64,000 nt of DNA from Escherichia coli (GCF_011045215.1 NZ_CP049201.1); one strand, 5' to 3'. Numbered from the stretch's first letter, positions 27,345-37,970 are shown. The notes: generated by a model not told the origin, from the letters alone. Numbers and translations are program-made.

Positions 27345-30300
27345 TCAAAAAGTCACCCTTATCCCCAGCACGGCAGCTGTATCACTGTAGCCCTTATCAC
27401 CAACCTGCTGACCGATGGTACCCCACAGGGAGACATACTTCGACAGTTGGCCTTCAACGCCCGCTTTCAGCTCGCCCACATCGCGGGTGCCCGCCAGATT
27501 GATGTTGTCACCGTTCATCGATACGCCAAACTCTTTACTGTTGTGAAGCCAGTTCGCTTCGATGAACGGTTGGAAGGTACGAGCCATACCCTCGTCAAGC
27601 TGGCTATGCCCCTTGCCAAACAGACGCACGCCGATGCGGGTCTGCACGTTGCCATCACCCTGGCCTTTCACGCGGGTACCATTCGCTTCCTGATGATCGT
27701 CGGCTCTGACGCCCATCCACGTTATTTGCGCTTGCGGTTGGATGTACAGCGCATTACGCTCGCCGGTCCGCGCCAGTTTCCAGGTGTAGCCGGATTCCAG
27801 TGATGCAGTGAAGCCCTTTGATTCATACGCCTCCACGCCAACGCCACGACCGGAAACGGTGTTGTCAAACCAGTTGTACTGCGCCCAGGTATCGACGTAG
27901 GCGCCTTCTGGCGTTTGCAGCCAGGTGCCGTACAGGCCAATGCTGTAACCACTGATGCGGCTGTCGGCGCGGTAGCCGTTAAGCTGGTTTTCGGCCCGAG
28001 TTTTCTGGTTGGCATAGCCTGCCATCAGACCGAGACGGAAACGATCTGCGCTGTCAGATGACCACTCAAAAATGTCGCCGCCGAGCTGCGTCACATTACG
28101 GTTAGCCTGCATTCCCAACAGGCCGCTGCTGTCTTGCTGATGGGTGTGACCGCCAGCATTACGCAGCCAAAGGCTGGTGATGGCTTCCTTGCCCGTCAGC
28201 GTGTCGATATAGTGTGTTTCGCCCTGGCGATCGCGTAAGCGAGTCACAAACAGCGTGTTTGCCGCCGCAAGGTTTGCGATGTAGCTTCCCGCTTCCGGAC
28301 GCAGATCGTCATGCCTGTCTGGAGTAGGGGCCGGGTCTGGATTAGTCTTACCACTGGTCAGATACCAGTTGCCGCTGTTCTCCCCCTGACCGCGGCCAAG
28401 GCTGTAATCGTAAGCGCCTGCCACAATACGGCCAGCCTGGATAAATTCGCCGTCAGAGTGCCCATCAACATGGATCACTTCAATGCCGTTCAGCGTTTGC
28501 GCACCTGTGCCGCCCGCATTGACTACGCTCACAGTGGTTTCACCATGGGTATCCCCTTTTACCACCAGTTCATCGGTAACGGAATGGTCATCACCCAGTG
28601 CGGTATTTATCGTGAGATACCCCTTTCTGCCGGTATAATTACCATTAATAACCAGTTGGTTACCGGCCTGATGACCTTTGAACCCGGTGGCCAGCAAACC
28701 GCTGTTGATAAGGTCTCCGCCCACCGTAAACCGATGATTCTCCTCATGGTGGGCACCCACCTGTAGCGTCCCGGCATTATTGATATTGCCAGCTACACCG
28801 CCAATACCGGCGAGCATTCCCGGCTGAGCGATATCCACCTGCGAGCTGGCAAGCGTCGCCGGTGACGCGTTGTTACCCAGCAACAGGCCACCTTGCTTGA
28901 TGTCCGTCTGGCCCGTCCAGGCGGCGTTGTCGCCCAGCGCGATCGTCCCGGTCCCCAGCTTGATTACGCGACCGGAACCATAAACGGTATTATCCAGTCG
29001 CCAGTTGTTGTCGCCGTTCAGCACCAGAGATCCGCTGTTATGAACTTCCGCCGCGCCGAGGCTGTCAGCCGTTAACGCCGTCATTTGTGAACCCGTATTA
29101 ACGGTGAACTGCCCCGAGAATGCCCGATTAGTCCCTGCCAGCACGACATCGCTGTCGATTAACTCAACCTGTCCGGCATCGCTAAGGCTATTGTAGAGAC
29201 GGCCTGCGGCATATCTGACGGACAGCGTTCCCGCGGCCACGATATTGCCTGTACCCGCCCCCAGTGTATGATCCAGTACTACCTTCGCGCCCTGCATTAT
29301 CGCGGTCGTTGCTTGCAGCTCGGGATTGTTACCAGAGATAGATAAGGTTCCGCCCGCAACGTTGAGCTGCCCGTTACCCGCCAGTACGCCTGATGCCTTA
29401 CCGCCGTTGGTCAACGTGAGTTGGCCGCCATTCAAATGGGTTAGAGAGCCGTTTTCTGCCGTGAGCGTGGCGATGGTTTGCGAATGGCCGCGCATATCAA
29501 ACCCGGTGTCGCCAGCCAGCTTCAGCTCGCGGGTATTCCCGAGCACGTTATCGTTCAGCATCGCCAGATTACCGCTGCGCACGTTGGTGACGCCGCGATA
29601 GTCATTATTCAGATTCGACAGCGTTACCGTCTGGCCTTTCTGGCTGTCAATCGCCAGATCGCCGTCGCCGGTGAGTGTTGCGCTGAGATCGGCCGCATTA
29701 CCGCCTTTTCCGTTCGCATTGAGGATAAGCGCATCAGCTTCTTTGTCCATCAAATCGACATTGGTCAGAGCATAGTTGACGTACAGTCCGTCATCACGGT
29801 CACCGCGGGTAAGACGATAGTCGTAAGTTGCATTCGCAACCACGGCGCCATGCTGGGTAATGTCGGCTTCAGCTGTATCACTGATCACATGGGCGTTCTG
29901 GTCAGTTAACGTTAAGTTACCACCGTGACCGATAACGCCGCCGTCACTGGATACCAGTCGCACAAGAATATTACTCTCATCCTGTTCCAGTAAGGGGATA
30001 AGGGTATCAGGCATTGGCCTGTCATTACTGAAGGTGGTTCCTCTCGTTACCTGTACGGTTCCCTGACCCGAAATATCCAGCTGGCCGGTGGTATGTACCG
30101 TAGCAGGGGAGGTTTTTTGACCCGGGTTAACTTCACCAACAAGCAATGTTCCCCCCTCAAACGTGAGCCCGCCCAGGGTTTGCCGACCCTCGCCAACCTT
30201 CACCAAACTTCCCGATCCCATTTTCATCGACAGGTCTTTTAACGCTGCCGCATTCGTTTCGGCCAGCGAAAACGCCGTATCCTGAAGCGCCACCGTTCCC

Positions 30301-31556
30301 CGGAAGTTATCGGTCAAACGAGATGAGTCAAAAACAAAATCGTTGCCGTTTGTGTTAACGGAAAGCACGCCGTCTCCGGTTAATTTGTTCAGAAAACGCC
30401 AGCGCTGAGATGTCTCTATGGACAGCGTGCCGCCGTTAAGCAATACCGTGTTGGCGCCAATATTTTTTGGGTCCGTTATTAAGAGGCGGGCCGGAGAGTC
30501 GATAGAAAAATAGCCATGAAAATTCGAGTTATCACCGGCAAGCGCGGATAGGCCGTTCAACATATTGACGCGGCCCTTGCCACTCAAATTCGCCGACAGA
30601 GAAAATAAAGCGCTGGCATGATTAAATGTCAGAACGCCTTCCCTGAAGCCGAAAATAATCTCTTTGGTATTAATATTTCCGGCGGCGACAGCCTGCTCGC
30701 CGGCCCTTGCTCCAACGGCAAGCTCTCCTTTCCTGCCTCCTTTGGAAATGATAATTTCTCTGGCGCTTAGCAGGCCATTATCGGAGGCGATCGCTGTGGC
30801 TGTTCCATCCCAACCTACAATAAGCGTCGCGTCCGTCGAGATGACAGAGCCGGCCCCGGCTACCTGAAGCAGATTATCATAGCCGGCAGTTTCCAGCTGA
30901 TTCCCGACCTGAATATTCGCGTCAGCATGCGTCTTACCGCCATTAGTGGTTATCAGCGTGCCTGACCCATAGGTCCCGACTATAATTCTGCTTGCGGTTG
31001 CTAACTCACTTCCCGGACCATCAACATAGATACGTCCTGAGGTCGTAGATGACGGCGTTCTTCGGCTACCTATCCATATCCCGCTCCAGGTATTGTCCGA
31101 GCCGTGATGAAATAACTTTCCTCCCTGAGTAATATTTACCACGCCGCTTCCGTTTCCCATACCAACCTGTAAAGAACGATTTTTTTTGTCAATCGTAACT
31201 ATACTTCCTGGTCCGCTAATATTCAGTACCCCATAGCCATCAGGATTTTTTGAATCTGACTTACCGCCAACCAGTAAAGGATCGGTGTAAGTAGATTTGA
31301 TAATGTTCAGTCTGCCACCATCCGTTATATTGACGGTGCCTGTGGAGCCGTGTATCCCTATTTGAAAAAGCTCAGCTTGAACATAACCACCATTAGAAAT
31401 ATTAAGGGTGCCGTCAGTCTCATCACCAATAAAAATCCACGGTTCTTCCCATAATGAATCTATCTTTAACGCTTGGTTATCATTAATGGTTGCAGCTGGT
31501 GCACCGGTTGCACACATTGATGTGATAATAGCGATGAATAATTTACTTACTTTCAT
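27345..31556 (-). CDS. Type Va autotransporter (AIDA-I-like adhesin family, 1403 aa)
   Basis: N-terminal signal peptide, long Gly/Thr/Asn-rich beta-helical repeat passenger (repeated ...GG.L...G... units), C-terminal beta-barrel translocator ending ...VLGIRVTF with a terminal aromatic residue. Confidence 0.85.
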   Translation of the reverse strand: MKVSKLFIAIITSMCATGAPAATINDNQALKIDSLWEEPWIFIGDETDGTLNISNGGYVQAELFQIGIHGSTGTVNITDGGRLNIIKSTYTDPLLVGGKSDSKNPDGYGVLNISGPGSIVTIDKKNRSLQVGMGNGSGVVNITQGGKLFHHGSDNTWSGIWIGSRRTPSSTTSGRIYVDGPGSELATASRIIVGTYGSGTLITTNGGKTHADANIQVGNQLETAGYDNLLQVAGAGSVISTDATLIVGWDGTATAIASDNGLLSAREIIISKGGRKGELAVGARAGEQAVAAGNINTKEIIFGFREGVLTFNHASALFSLSANLSGKGRVNMLNGLSALAGDNSNFHGYFSIDSPARLLITDPKNIGANTVLLNGGTLSIETSQRWRFLNKLTGDGVLSVNTNGNDFVFDSSRLTDNFRGTVALQDTAFSLAETNAAALKDLSMKMGSGSLVKVGEGRQTLGGLTFEGGTLLVGEVNPGQKTSPATVHTTGQLDISGQGTVQVTRGTTFSNDRPMPDTLIPLLEQDESNILVRLVSSDGGVIGHGGNLTLTDQNAHVISDTAEADITQHGAVVANATYDYRLTRGDRDDGLYVNYALTNVDLMDKEADALILNANGKGGNAADLSATLTGDGDLAIDSQKGQTVTLSNLNNDYRGVTNVRSGNLAMLNDNVLGNTRELKLAGDTGFDMRGHSQTIATLTAENGSLTHLNGGQLTLTNGGKASGVLAGNGQLNVAGGTLSISGNNPELQATTAIMQGAKVVLDHTLGAGTGNIVAAGTLSVRYAAGRLYNSLSDAGQVELIDSDVVLAGTNRAFSGQFTVNTGSQMTALTADSLGAAEVHNSGSLVLNGDNNWRLDNTVYGSGRVIKLGTGTIALGDNAAWTGQTDIKQGGLLLGNNASPATLASSQVDIAQPGMLAGIGGVAGNINNAGTLQVGAHHEENHRFTVGGDLINSGLLATGFKGHQAGNQLVINGNYTGRKGYLTINTALGDDHSVTDELVVKGDTHGETTVSVVNAGGTGAQTLNGIEVIHVDGHSDGEFIQAGRIVAGAYDYSLGRGQGENSGNWYLTSGKTNPDPAPTPDRHDDLRPEAGSYIANLAAANTLFVTRLRDRQGETHYIDTLTGKEAITSLWLRNAGGHTHQQDSSGLLGMQANRNVTQLGGDIFEWSSDSADRFRLGLMAGYANQKTRAENQLNGYRADSRISGYSIGLYGTWLQTPEGAYVDTWAQYNWFDNTVSGRGVGVEAYESKGFTASLESGYTWKLARTGERNALYIQPQAQITWMGVRADDHQEANGTRVKGQGDGNVQTRIGVRLFGKGHSQLDEGMARTFQPFIEANWLHNSKEFGVSMNGDNINLAGTRDVGELKAGVEGQLSKYVSLWGTIGQQVGDKGYSDTAAVLGIRVTF

Positions 31557-31963
31557 AAAAAGCTCGGCGAATAATATGGATTGCCCCGTTGAGGAAAATT
31601 GACAGACGAGTCAGACCTGACAATGCTGCCGGTTCTGTGTGCTTTGAGCTGAAATCCTTATCTGGCAACGTATTAACAAGGTCTTTGTGCTAAGGAAAAG
31701 TTTATGGAAAAAGATCTGAAAAGTGCTTACTGCAAACTGAATAAATCTTACTTTTTTCTTACTTGTTTGACTTCTTTTTAGACTGAACGTAGGGTGCATT
31801 TGAATGAGAGGATAGTGCTGTTTGATTGATCAATAATAAAAATTCAGTACAGTGACGGAATATCTTATTTTATTATTGTCATACACTTCAGCGCGCCGGG
31901 CCGATCATTAGCAGAGAGAGATTATTCATAGAGATAACGAAGAAACCCTATCGTTAAAGTAGA

Positions 31964-32719
31964 GTGATAATGAATGCTACCAAATTTTTGTTAGACGGCA
32001 GAGTGCTATTTGATAGCGCCAGAATGACATTAAGTCGACAAGAGAAAATAGTCAGGCTCTCCGAGTCAGAGTGCCATTTACTGCTGGCTTTTTGGCTTGG
32101 ATTGTATAAAAAAGAAGAGATAATCAATTATGTCTGGAAAAATCGCAGCGGATGCGTTTCTGAATCGAGCTATTACAAACTTATCAATCAACTGCGAAAT
32201 AACTTCAATCGGGTGGGGCTTCACGCATCAGATATTGTTACACATCCCCGGGTGGGAATATCGTTATCGATAACGCTGACTTCCGCTGATGAAATGTGCG
32301 ACCTTCAGCAACAAAACGATGATGGGGCGCAGAAAATAAAATTCCGTGCCCTTTTGTCGCACCGGTTTATGGTTAAATGTAAAAACATGCGAGTACTTTG
32401 TTGCACCAGCGGTGTGGTATTGCTGATAGGTATTATCCTCATTTTTAGTTTTCCCAGCGATACAACATGGAATAAATCTGATAAGGAGTTCACCTCGCTT
32501 GGCGAGTTTGATGGTTATATTTTCTTTAAAATGAAGACGGATAAATTGACATTCAAGCAAGTCATCGCCGCATATACATCGATGACATTAAAACCTGACC
32601 CGCAAAATGGTCATTATCTTTATTACATCAGGGAGCCTGATATCAATCTTTTATTTCAGTGTTTAAATCCGATTGAAAACGTGGTGCCAAAATGTTTAAC
32701 CATAAAAGAACAGTACTGA
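31964..32719 (+). CDS. ToxR/CadC-like membrane-bound transcriptional regulator (N-terminal winged helix, one TM helix, periplasmic domain)
   Basis: N-terminal region FLLDGRVLFDSARMTL...ESECHLLLAFWL...EEIINYVWKNR..VSESSYYKLINQLRNNF...THPRVGISL follows the OmpR/ToxR winged-helix pattern; TM segment VLCCTSGVVLLIGIILIFSF; AT-rich gene. Confidence 0.7.
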   Translation: MIMNATKFLLDGRVLFDSARMTLSRQEKIVRLSESECHLLLAFWLGLYKKEEIINYVWKNRSGCVSESSYYKLINQLRNNFNRVGLHASDIVTHPRVGISLSITLTSADEMCDLQQQNDDGAQKIKFRALLSHRFMVKCKNMRVLCCTSGVVLLIGIILIFSFPSDTTWNKSDKEFTSLGEFDGYIFFKMKTDKLTFKQVIAAYTSMTLKPDPQNGHYLYYIREPDINLLFQCLNPIENVVPKCLTIKEQY

Positions 32720-33198
32720 TTACGATGACGGTCATTGCGCTGGTGCTGATCGTGATATTTGGCAGAAACGGGTGGAGTGTTCAGCGAAATGTTATGAATG
32801 TGGATAATTTTATTTGTACATCTAAATCAATAGTTTATATTGAACCTATGAAGATGAAACTGCGTGGTACGTTTGTGCTGGATCTTGAGTCAGACCGAAT
32901 CGCCATTCATTATGAAGTTGAACAGGCGGATCATAAGGAAAAACTTTTTTTCCAGGATGTTCATATCAGTAAATTACTCCGAACAGGTATCAGAACGTTC
33001 ACATTTAAAGTCAGCTCAGTAAATAAATTTTCTGCTGATTCAACCGGAGATATGTTTTCCTGGTTACGTCTCCTTCAACCCGGTACGGTGAATGAGTTGA
33101 ATATTGTCCAGATCGGTCAAAATGCATATCTGTATTCGTTGAACAGGCATTTATATAATATTTGTACGACAAGCACCAACGCGGTGAATACGCACTAA
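32692..33198 (+). CDS. ToxS/TcpH-like bitopic partner protein of the upstream regulator
   Basis: 168-aa ORF overlapping the upstream gene by 28 nt; N-terminal TM helix (VLITMTVIALVLIVIF) followed by a soluble, presumably periplasmic, domain. Confidence 0.55.
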   Translation: MFNHKRTVLITMTVIALVLIVIFGRNGWSVQRNVMNVDNFICTSKSIVYIEPMKMKLRGTFVLDLESDRIAIHYEVEQADHKEKLFFQDVHISKLLRTGIRTFTFKVSSVNKFSADSTGDMFSWLRLLQPGTVNELNIVQIGQNAYLYSLNRHLYNICTTSTNAVNTH

Positions 33199-33396
33199 TA
33201 GCTGTGTAATGGCCGGTCTATATGGGCATTGTGGCGGGTGTTGATAACGGAAGGGACTATTACATGTCCAATTTCGTCTGGAGCTGGCCTGTGTTAATAT
33301 GAACGCTGAAGGTTCCGTAAGGCTCTTAACTCAGTGCCTGGCAAGGCTGTACAACGGCAGAATCGGATACTCAATGAATAAATTGCAGAAGAAACC

Positions 33397-34137
33397 ATGA
33401 GCGAGCAAAAGTATCTTATCGACAATCGCGTGATATTTGATTCTGAGCGTATGTCATTGACTCACTCAGACAAAACGGTGAGCATTTCAGAATCCGAAAC
33501 GAATTTGCTGCTTGCTTTCTATAAGGGGTTATTCAAAAAGGATGATTTAATCGGCTGGGTCTGGGGGCGTAAGGGAGTCGTAGTTTCTGATGCCAGCTAT
33601 TATAAGCTCATCAATCAGTTACGTAATACTTTCGACAAAATAGGTCTACCGCCCTCATCTGTGGTGACGCGGCCCAAAGTCGGCGTTGAGCTGGTTTTAT
33701 CCATCACGCTCATTAAGCCTGCGACTCCCCGACAACCTGCTGCTGAACCGGTAGAACACTCAGCCGAATCCTTCAGCGAAACCCCGACAATACATGAACA
33801 CAATAAAACCGCTGTAGCAGGCCAGAGAGACTGGCTTTTTCTGGTATTGGCCGCGCTGTTGATGATCGCAGGATTTGGCGCCAGTCTGTGGGAGAGCCAT
33901 CCCTACTTTTCAGTGCCCGTTACCCATGACGGTTACTATTTTTATAAAGTAAGTAACGATAAAACGTCCTTCGAGGATGTGGCTGCGGCCTATGCAGAAT
34001 TGACAATTCCGGTGATTAAGCAGAATGGACGTCATATTTACTATATCAGAGTGCCGGATACCCATATTTTCGTCCAGTGCCTCAACCCACTCACCGTAGC
34101 GGAGCCAAAATGTATTACCCTAAAAGAACGTTATTAA
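33397..34137 (+). CDS. ToxR/CadC-like membrane-bound transcriptional regulator, paralogue of 31964..32719
   Basis: YLIDNRVIFDSERMSL...ESETNLLLAFYKGLFKKDDLIGWVWG...VSDASYYKLINQLRNTF...TRPKVGVEL is a clear paralogue of the first regulator; TM segment LFLVLAALLMIAGFGASLW. Confidence 0.7.
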   Translation: MSEQKYLIDNRVIFDSERMSLTHSDKTVSISESETNLLLAFYKGLFKKDDLIGWVWGRKGVVVSDASYYKLINQLRNTFDKIGLPPSSVVTRPKVGVELVLSITLIKPATPRQPAAEPVEHSAESFSETPTIHEHNKTAVAGQRDWLFLVLAALLMIAGFGASLWESHPYFSVPVTHDGYYFYKVSNDKTSFEDVAAAYAELTIPVIKQNGRHIYYIRVPDTHIFVQCLNPLTVAEPKCITLKERY

Positions 34138-34598
34138 GAATATTCACCGTGTTCTTTATTCTCGTCTCCGTGATGTTATGGGTACAGGTAATAAAGAAGC
34201 ACGCGGTCAGTCACCCCTCCGCGGGCAATTTTTTCTGTGCCACCAAAACGATAAGCAACATACAGGCGAAGGGGATAACCGTTGCGGGGGATATTGTCAT
34301 CGACTTCAAAACGCAACGTATTACGTTACAGCATGATGTGAAACAGCATAATAATGCGCATAGCCTGTTATATCGGGATGTTTACATGAAAAATCTGCGG
34401 CGCGTCACTGACGATCTTTTTACGTTTGAGATTGATTCTGTAAAGATATTTCCTGATGACAATGTCGGGAATTTTTTCTCCTATTTTCGCCTGCTCCATC
34501 CGGGGGGCCGCAACGAATTGCGAATTCAACGCATTGGCGAGAAAACCTATCTTTTTTCGCTTAATCGTCAGATTTATAACGTCTGTACAGCAAGTTGA
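34110..34598 (+). CDS. ToxS/TcpH-like bitopic partner protein, paralogue of 32692..33198
   Basis: Start placed at the internal Met (MYYPKRTLLRIFTVFFILVSVMLW) so that it overlaps the upstream gene by 28 nt exactly as in the first pair; C-terminal region paralogous (..YLFSLNRQIYNVCTAS versus ..YLYSLNRHLYNICTTS). Confidence 0.55.
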   Translation: MYYPKRTLLRIFTVFFILVSVMLWVQVIKKHAVSHPSAGNFFCATKTISNIQAKGITVAGDIVIDFKTQRITLQHDVKQHNNAHSLLYRDVYMKNLRRVTDDLFTFEIDSVKIFPDDNVGNFFSYFRLLHPGGRNELRIQRIGEKTYLFSLNRQIYNVCTAS

Positions 34599-34878
34599 AC
34601 TGCACAGGAATGCCCCGAGAGATTCTCTGAGGCCGTATGATAAGAGAGCGGTAAGCGGTAAGGTAACTGAAAGCTCATTACTTATTTAAATACATGGGTT
34701 TATATCAATCGTTCTGATTCTGTTCAACAGTGACAGAGTGAGATTATGATTTTTGTAAGATCTTCTTCCAGACTTTATCTGCCCTGATTAGCTATATTTT
34801 CGCCGCTGTAAACGGACATCAGAATACGTTTAAGTAGTCGTAATTAATGCTTTTTTCAATAAGATAAAGAGGGAGTAT

Positions 34879-35424
34879 TTGTCCATGTCTACGCGACTTC
34901 GTGGCGCTGCAATAATTTGTTTTTGTCTGCTAGCCTCATCTCAGAGTATGGCTAGTGGCACACATACGGTATCAATGGGGTATGCTCAAACACATCTGAG
35001 CGCATTAAAAAGCTCGAACAGCAAAGATCTTCATGGCTTTAATATAAAATATCGCTACGAGTTTGACGAACGCTGGGGCTTTATTGGTGCGTTAACGGCG
35101 ACTCGCCACGAAGTTGAGCATTATAGCTGGCAATCAGCAAAATTAAAAAAAGAGGGTACCGATACCATTGATTATAGTTCGGTAATGTTTGGCCCAACTT
35201 ATCGCTTTAATGATTACATCAGCCTGTATGGCAATGCAGGTATGGCGAGAATGAAAATGAAAAATACTCACTCAAACGAATCAACGGATGATTCGTTTGC
35301 ATACGGGGCCGGGGTAATATTTAACCCGTTAACCAACCTATCGCTTGATCTTTCCTGGGAAGCGTCAAAATTCTATTCTGTCGATGCCAATACGTTTGGC
35401 GTAAGCGTTGGCTATCGCTTTTAA
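34879..35424 (+). CDS. Ail/Lom/OmpX/PagC-family eight-stranded outer membrane beta-barrel protein
   Basis: Signal peptide, alternating amphipathic beta-strands, C-terminal ...FGVSVGYRF ending in Phe; family pattern GYAQT...FNIKYRYEF. Confidence 0.75.
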   Translation: MSMSTRLRGAAIICFCLLASSQSMASGTHTVSMGYAQTHLSALKSSNSKDLHGFNIKYRYEFDERWGFIGALTATRHEVEHYSWQSAKLKKEGTDTIDYSSVMFGPTYRFNDYISLYGNAGMARMKMKNTHSNESTDDSFAYGAGVIFNPLTNLSLDLSWEASKFYSVDANTFGVSVGYRF

Positions 35425-35485
35425 AAATTGTACTCCCAGGGAGTGGGGATAAGTAAAATCATATTAAAGAAATTAAGGTTTATCC

Positions 35486-35842
35486 ATGAAATATATATTA
35501 CCAGCTCTTTTTACGGTGTTTTTAACCGCCTGTAGCGCTAACTCATTACATTCGGGGGCGGAACGGGTTCGTGTGACTCATAACGAGCCTGGAAAAGAGT
35601 GTTCGTGGTTAGGCGACATCACTGGCAGCCAGGGCAACTTTTTTACCGGAGGTTGGACCTCGAACAGTAACCTCGAAACAGGCGCGCGGAATGATATGAA
35701 AAATCAGGCCTGGAAAATGGGTGGAAATGTTGTTGTGCTGCTAACGCAACGCGCAGGGCAAACAGGCAGTTCGTACAATGGCAGTGGTTCAAGTCAGCAA
35801 ACTAACGTGACGCTAAGCGGATCGGTCTACCGTTGCCCATAG
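35486..35842 (+). CDS. Small lipoprotein (118 aa)
   Basis: Signal peptide with lipobox (FLTACSAN), Gly/Ser-rich mature part. Confidence 0.6.
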   Translation: MKYILPALFTVFLTACSANSLHSGAERVRVTHNEPGKECSWLGDITGSQGNFFTGGWTSNSNLETGARNDMKNQAWKMGGNVVVLLTQRAGQTGSSYNGSGSSQQTNVTLSGSVYRCP

Positions 35843-36018
35843 TCTACTATATTTCATTGATGAACAGAGAGCAGATATCAACATTGACGATTGCGGTCTG
35901 CTCTGATTCATAAATGTCATAAAGGAATGATATTTCATTTTTTTGAAGGTTATTATGATAATTTCTTTTATGCCGGAAAATATATCTTATATTACTTGTG
36001 GGTATGTTGTTGTAAGGT

Positions 36019-36594
36019 ATGGATATACATTTTAAAGCACAATCTCCTGAGGCAGTAACGCTCGCCGTGTGGCCAGATAATAATCCTCTGTTCACTGACT
36101 CTCTTGCCCATTTGATCACCGAAATAAACGTAATAAATCGCGTAGAAGATTTTCTTTTCGTCAATTTTTGCATCGATAACTTTATATACTTTATTCATGA
36201 TGAGTGGCTTGAAAAGTTGAACAAGTCAGGCCTGAGGGGGGTGCTGGTTATTGACCGTTTTATGCATTCGCTGGCGAATTATTGGCGTGAAAAACAACAG
36301 GATATTATCTTGTTATCGGTTGGCGATCGGGACCTGACGTCATTTGTATCGGCCCTGAATAGCCTGTCTTATGGACAAAGCAGGGTGCTAGAAGATGTCA
36401 TGCCGATAACAGAAAAAGAAATTTTTGTGTTACGTAAACGCCTCTCCGGTATGTCCGTAAGAAATATCGCACTCACCCTTAATTGCTCGGTTAAAAGTAT
36501 TTATTATTGCCAGTATTCTTTATTAAAAAAATTGAGGCGTTCGTCACGAATAGGCGAGATTTATATCCATCACTCTCACGTGCATGAGACTTAG
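36019..36594 (+). CDS. LuxR/FixJ-type HTH transcriptional regulator (191 aa)
   Basis: C-terminal HTH EKEIFVLRKRLSGMSVRNIALTLNCSVKSIYYCQYSLLKKL fits the LuxR-type pattern; no receiver-domain motifs recognised in the N-terminal part. Confidence 0.6.
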   Translation: MDIHFKAQSPEAVTLAVWPDNNPLFTDSLAHLITEINVINRVEDFLFVNFCIDNFIYFIHDEWLEKLNKSGLRGVLVIDRFMHSLANYWREKQQDIILLSVGDRDLTSFVSALNSLSYGQSRVLEDVMPITEKEIFVLRKRLSGMSVRNIALTLNCSVKSIYYCQYSLLKKLRRSSRIGEIYIHHSHVHET

Positions 36595-36798
36595 TCGTTA
36601 GCCTGTTTTTTCTGGCGGAATGACGGCATAACCCGGAAGGGATATGCCGCCTGCTTCAGCCTATCACGCCATCAACGCAAAAACTCCCCAGCCAAAATAC
36701 TCCCGGCTGTAGGTAACATTACGCATCGGCGCCGCGCTTAACTCTGCCCGAACCTCAAGCGCGAAACCTGATCCTACCCACGTAATATGGACACAGGC

Positions 36799-37665
36799 CT
36801 AAGCGAGGTTCTGGTTTTCAAATTGTTCCGGACTGAGGCCGCCACACCAACTGTGCCGCCGCCACCGATTGTAATCACATTCGATATAATTAAACACCGT
36901 TGCCCGCATTATTTCCCGGCTGATAAAGTGTTCTCCATGGATACATTCCACTTTCAGCGAATGAAAGAAGCTTTCCACGCAGGCATTATCGTAGCAGCAA
37001 CCTTTTGCGCTCATACTTCCACGCAGATTATGCCGCTTCAGTTGCGCCTGATAATCTGCTGAACAGTACTGGCCTCCACGGTCCGTGTGAACGATAACGT
37101 TCCGGGGCCTCTTACGCCGCCACAGCGCCATCTGCAGGGCATCGCAGGCCAGTTGCGCCGTCATGCGTGGCGACATTGACCAGCCAATAACGGCACGTGA
37201 CCACAGGTCAATGACCACTGCCAGATACAGCCAGCCTTCATCTGTACGTAAGTACGTGATGTCTCCTGCCCACTTCTGGTTCGGGCCACTGGCGTAAAAA
37301 TCCTGCTCCAACAGATTTTCTGACACAGGCAGGCCGTGTGCGCGGTAGCTGACCGGGCTGAACTTCCGGGAGGCCTTTGCCCTCAGTCCCTGACGGCGCA
37401 GGCTTGCCGCCACGGTTTTTACGTTAAAGGGGTAACCCTGAGCACGCAGTTCATCCGTCAGGCGTGGGGCACCGTAACGCTGTTTTGACCGGGTAAAAGC
37501 CGCGAGGACAACGCTGTCGCAGTGTTGGCGGAACTGCTGACGCGTGCTTATCCTTGTCCGCCGCTGACACCACGTATACCAGCCGCTGCGGGCCACCCGG
37601 AGCACGCGGCACATTGCTTTGATGCTGAACTCAGCCTGATGTTTTTCAATAAAGACATACTTCAT
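36799..37665 (-). CDS. insF: IS3 transposase OrfB (DDE integrase-type catalytic domain)
   Basis: 288-aa ORF with DDE-domain residues (...WAGDITYL..., ...[10 protein letters not shown]...) inside the IS3 element. Confidence 0.9.
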   Translation of the reverse strand: MKYVFIEKHQAEFSIKAMCRVLRVARSGWYTWCQRRTRISTRQQFRQHCDSVVLAAFTRSKQRYGAPRLTDELRAQGYPFNVKTVAASLRRQGLRAKASRKFSPVSYRAHGLPVSENLLEQDFYASGPNQKWAGDITYLRTDEGWLYLAVVIDLWSRAVIGWSMSPRMTAQLACDALQMALWRRKRPRNVIVHTDRGGQYCSADYQAQLKRHNLRGSMSAKGCCYDNACVESFFHSLKVECIHGEHFISREIMRATVFNYIECDYNRWRRHSWCGGLSPEQFENQNLA

Positions 37666-37970
37666 TTCAGGCGCTTCGCGAAGTATGTCGCGGCCTTTTG
37701 GAGGATAGCCAGCTCTTCATCCCGTTCTGCCAGCTGGCGTTTGAGACGTGCAATCTCGGTAGACATCTCCAGTTCACGTTCAGAAGACGTCTGCTGATTT
37801 TGCTGTTTACTGCGCCAGTTGTAGAGCTGTGATTCATACAGGCTGAGTTCACGGGCTGCGGCAGTAACACCGATGCGTTCAGCAAGCTTCAGGGCTTCAC
37901 TGCGAAATTCAGGCGAATGCTGTTTACGGGGTTTTTTACTGGTTGATACTGTTTTTGTCATGTGAGTCAC
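37662..37970 (-). CDS. insE: IS3 transposase OrfA (HTH protein)
   Basis: 102-aa [55 protein letters not shown]... inside the IS3 element. Confidence 0.9.
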   Translation of the reverse strand: MTHMTKTVSTSKKPRKQHSPEFRSEALKLAERIGVTAAARELSLYESQLYNWRSKQQNQQTSSERELEMSTEIARLKRQLAERDEELAILQKAATYFAKRLK

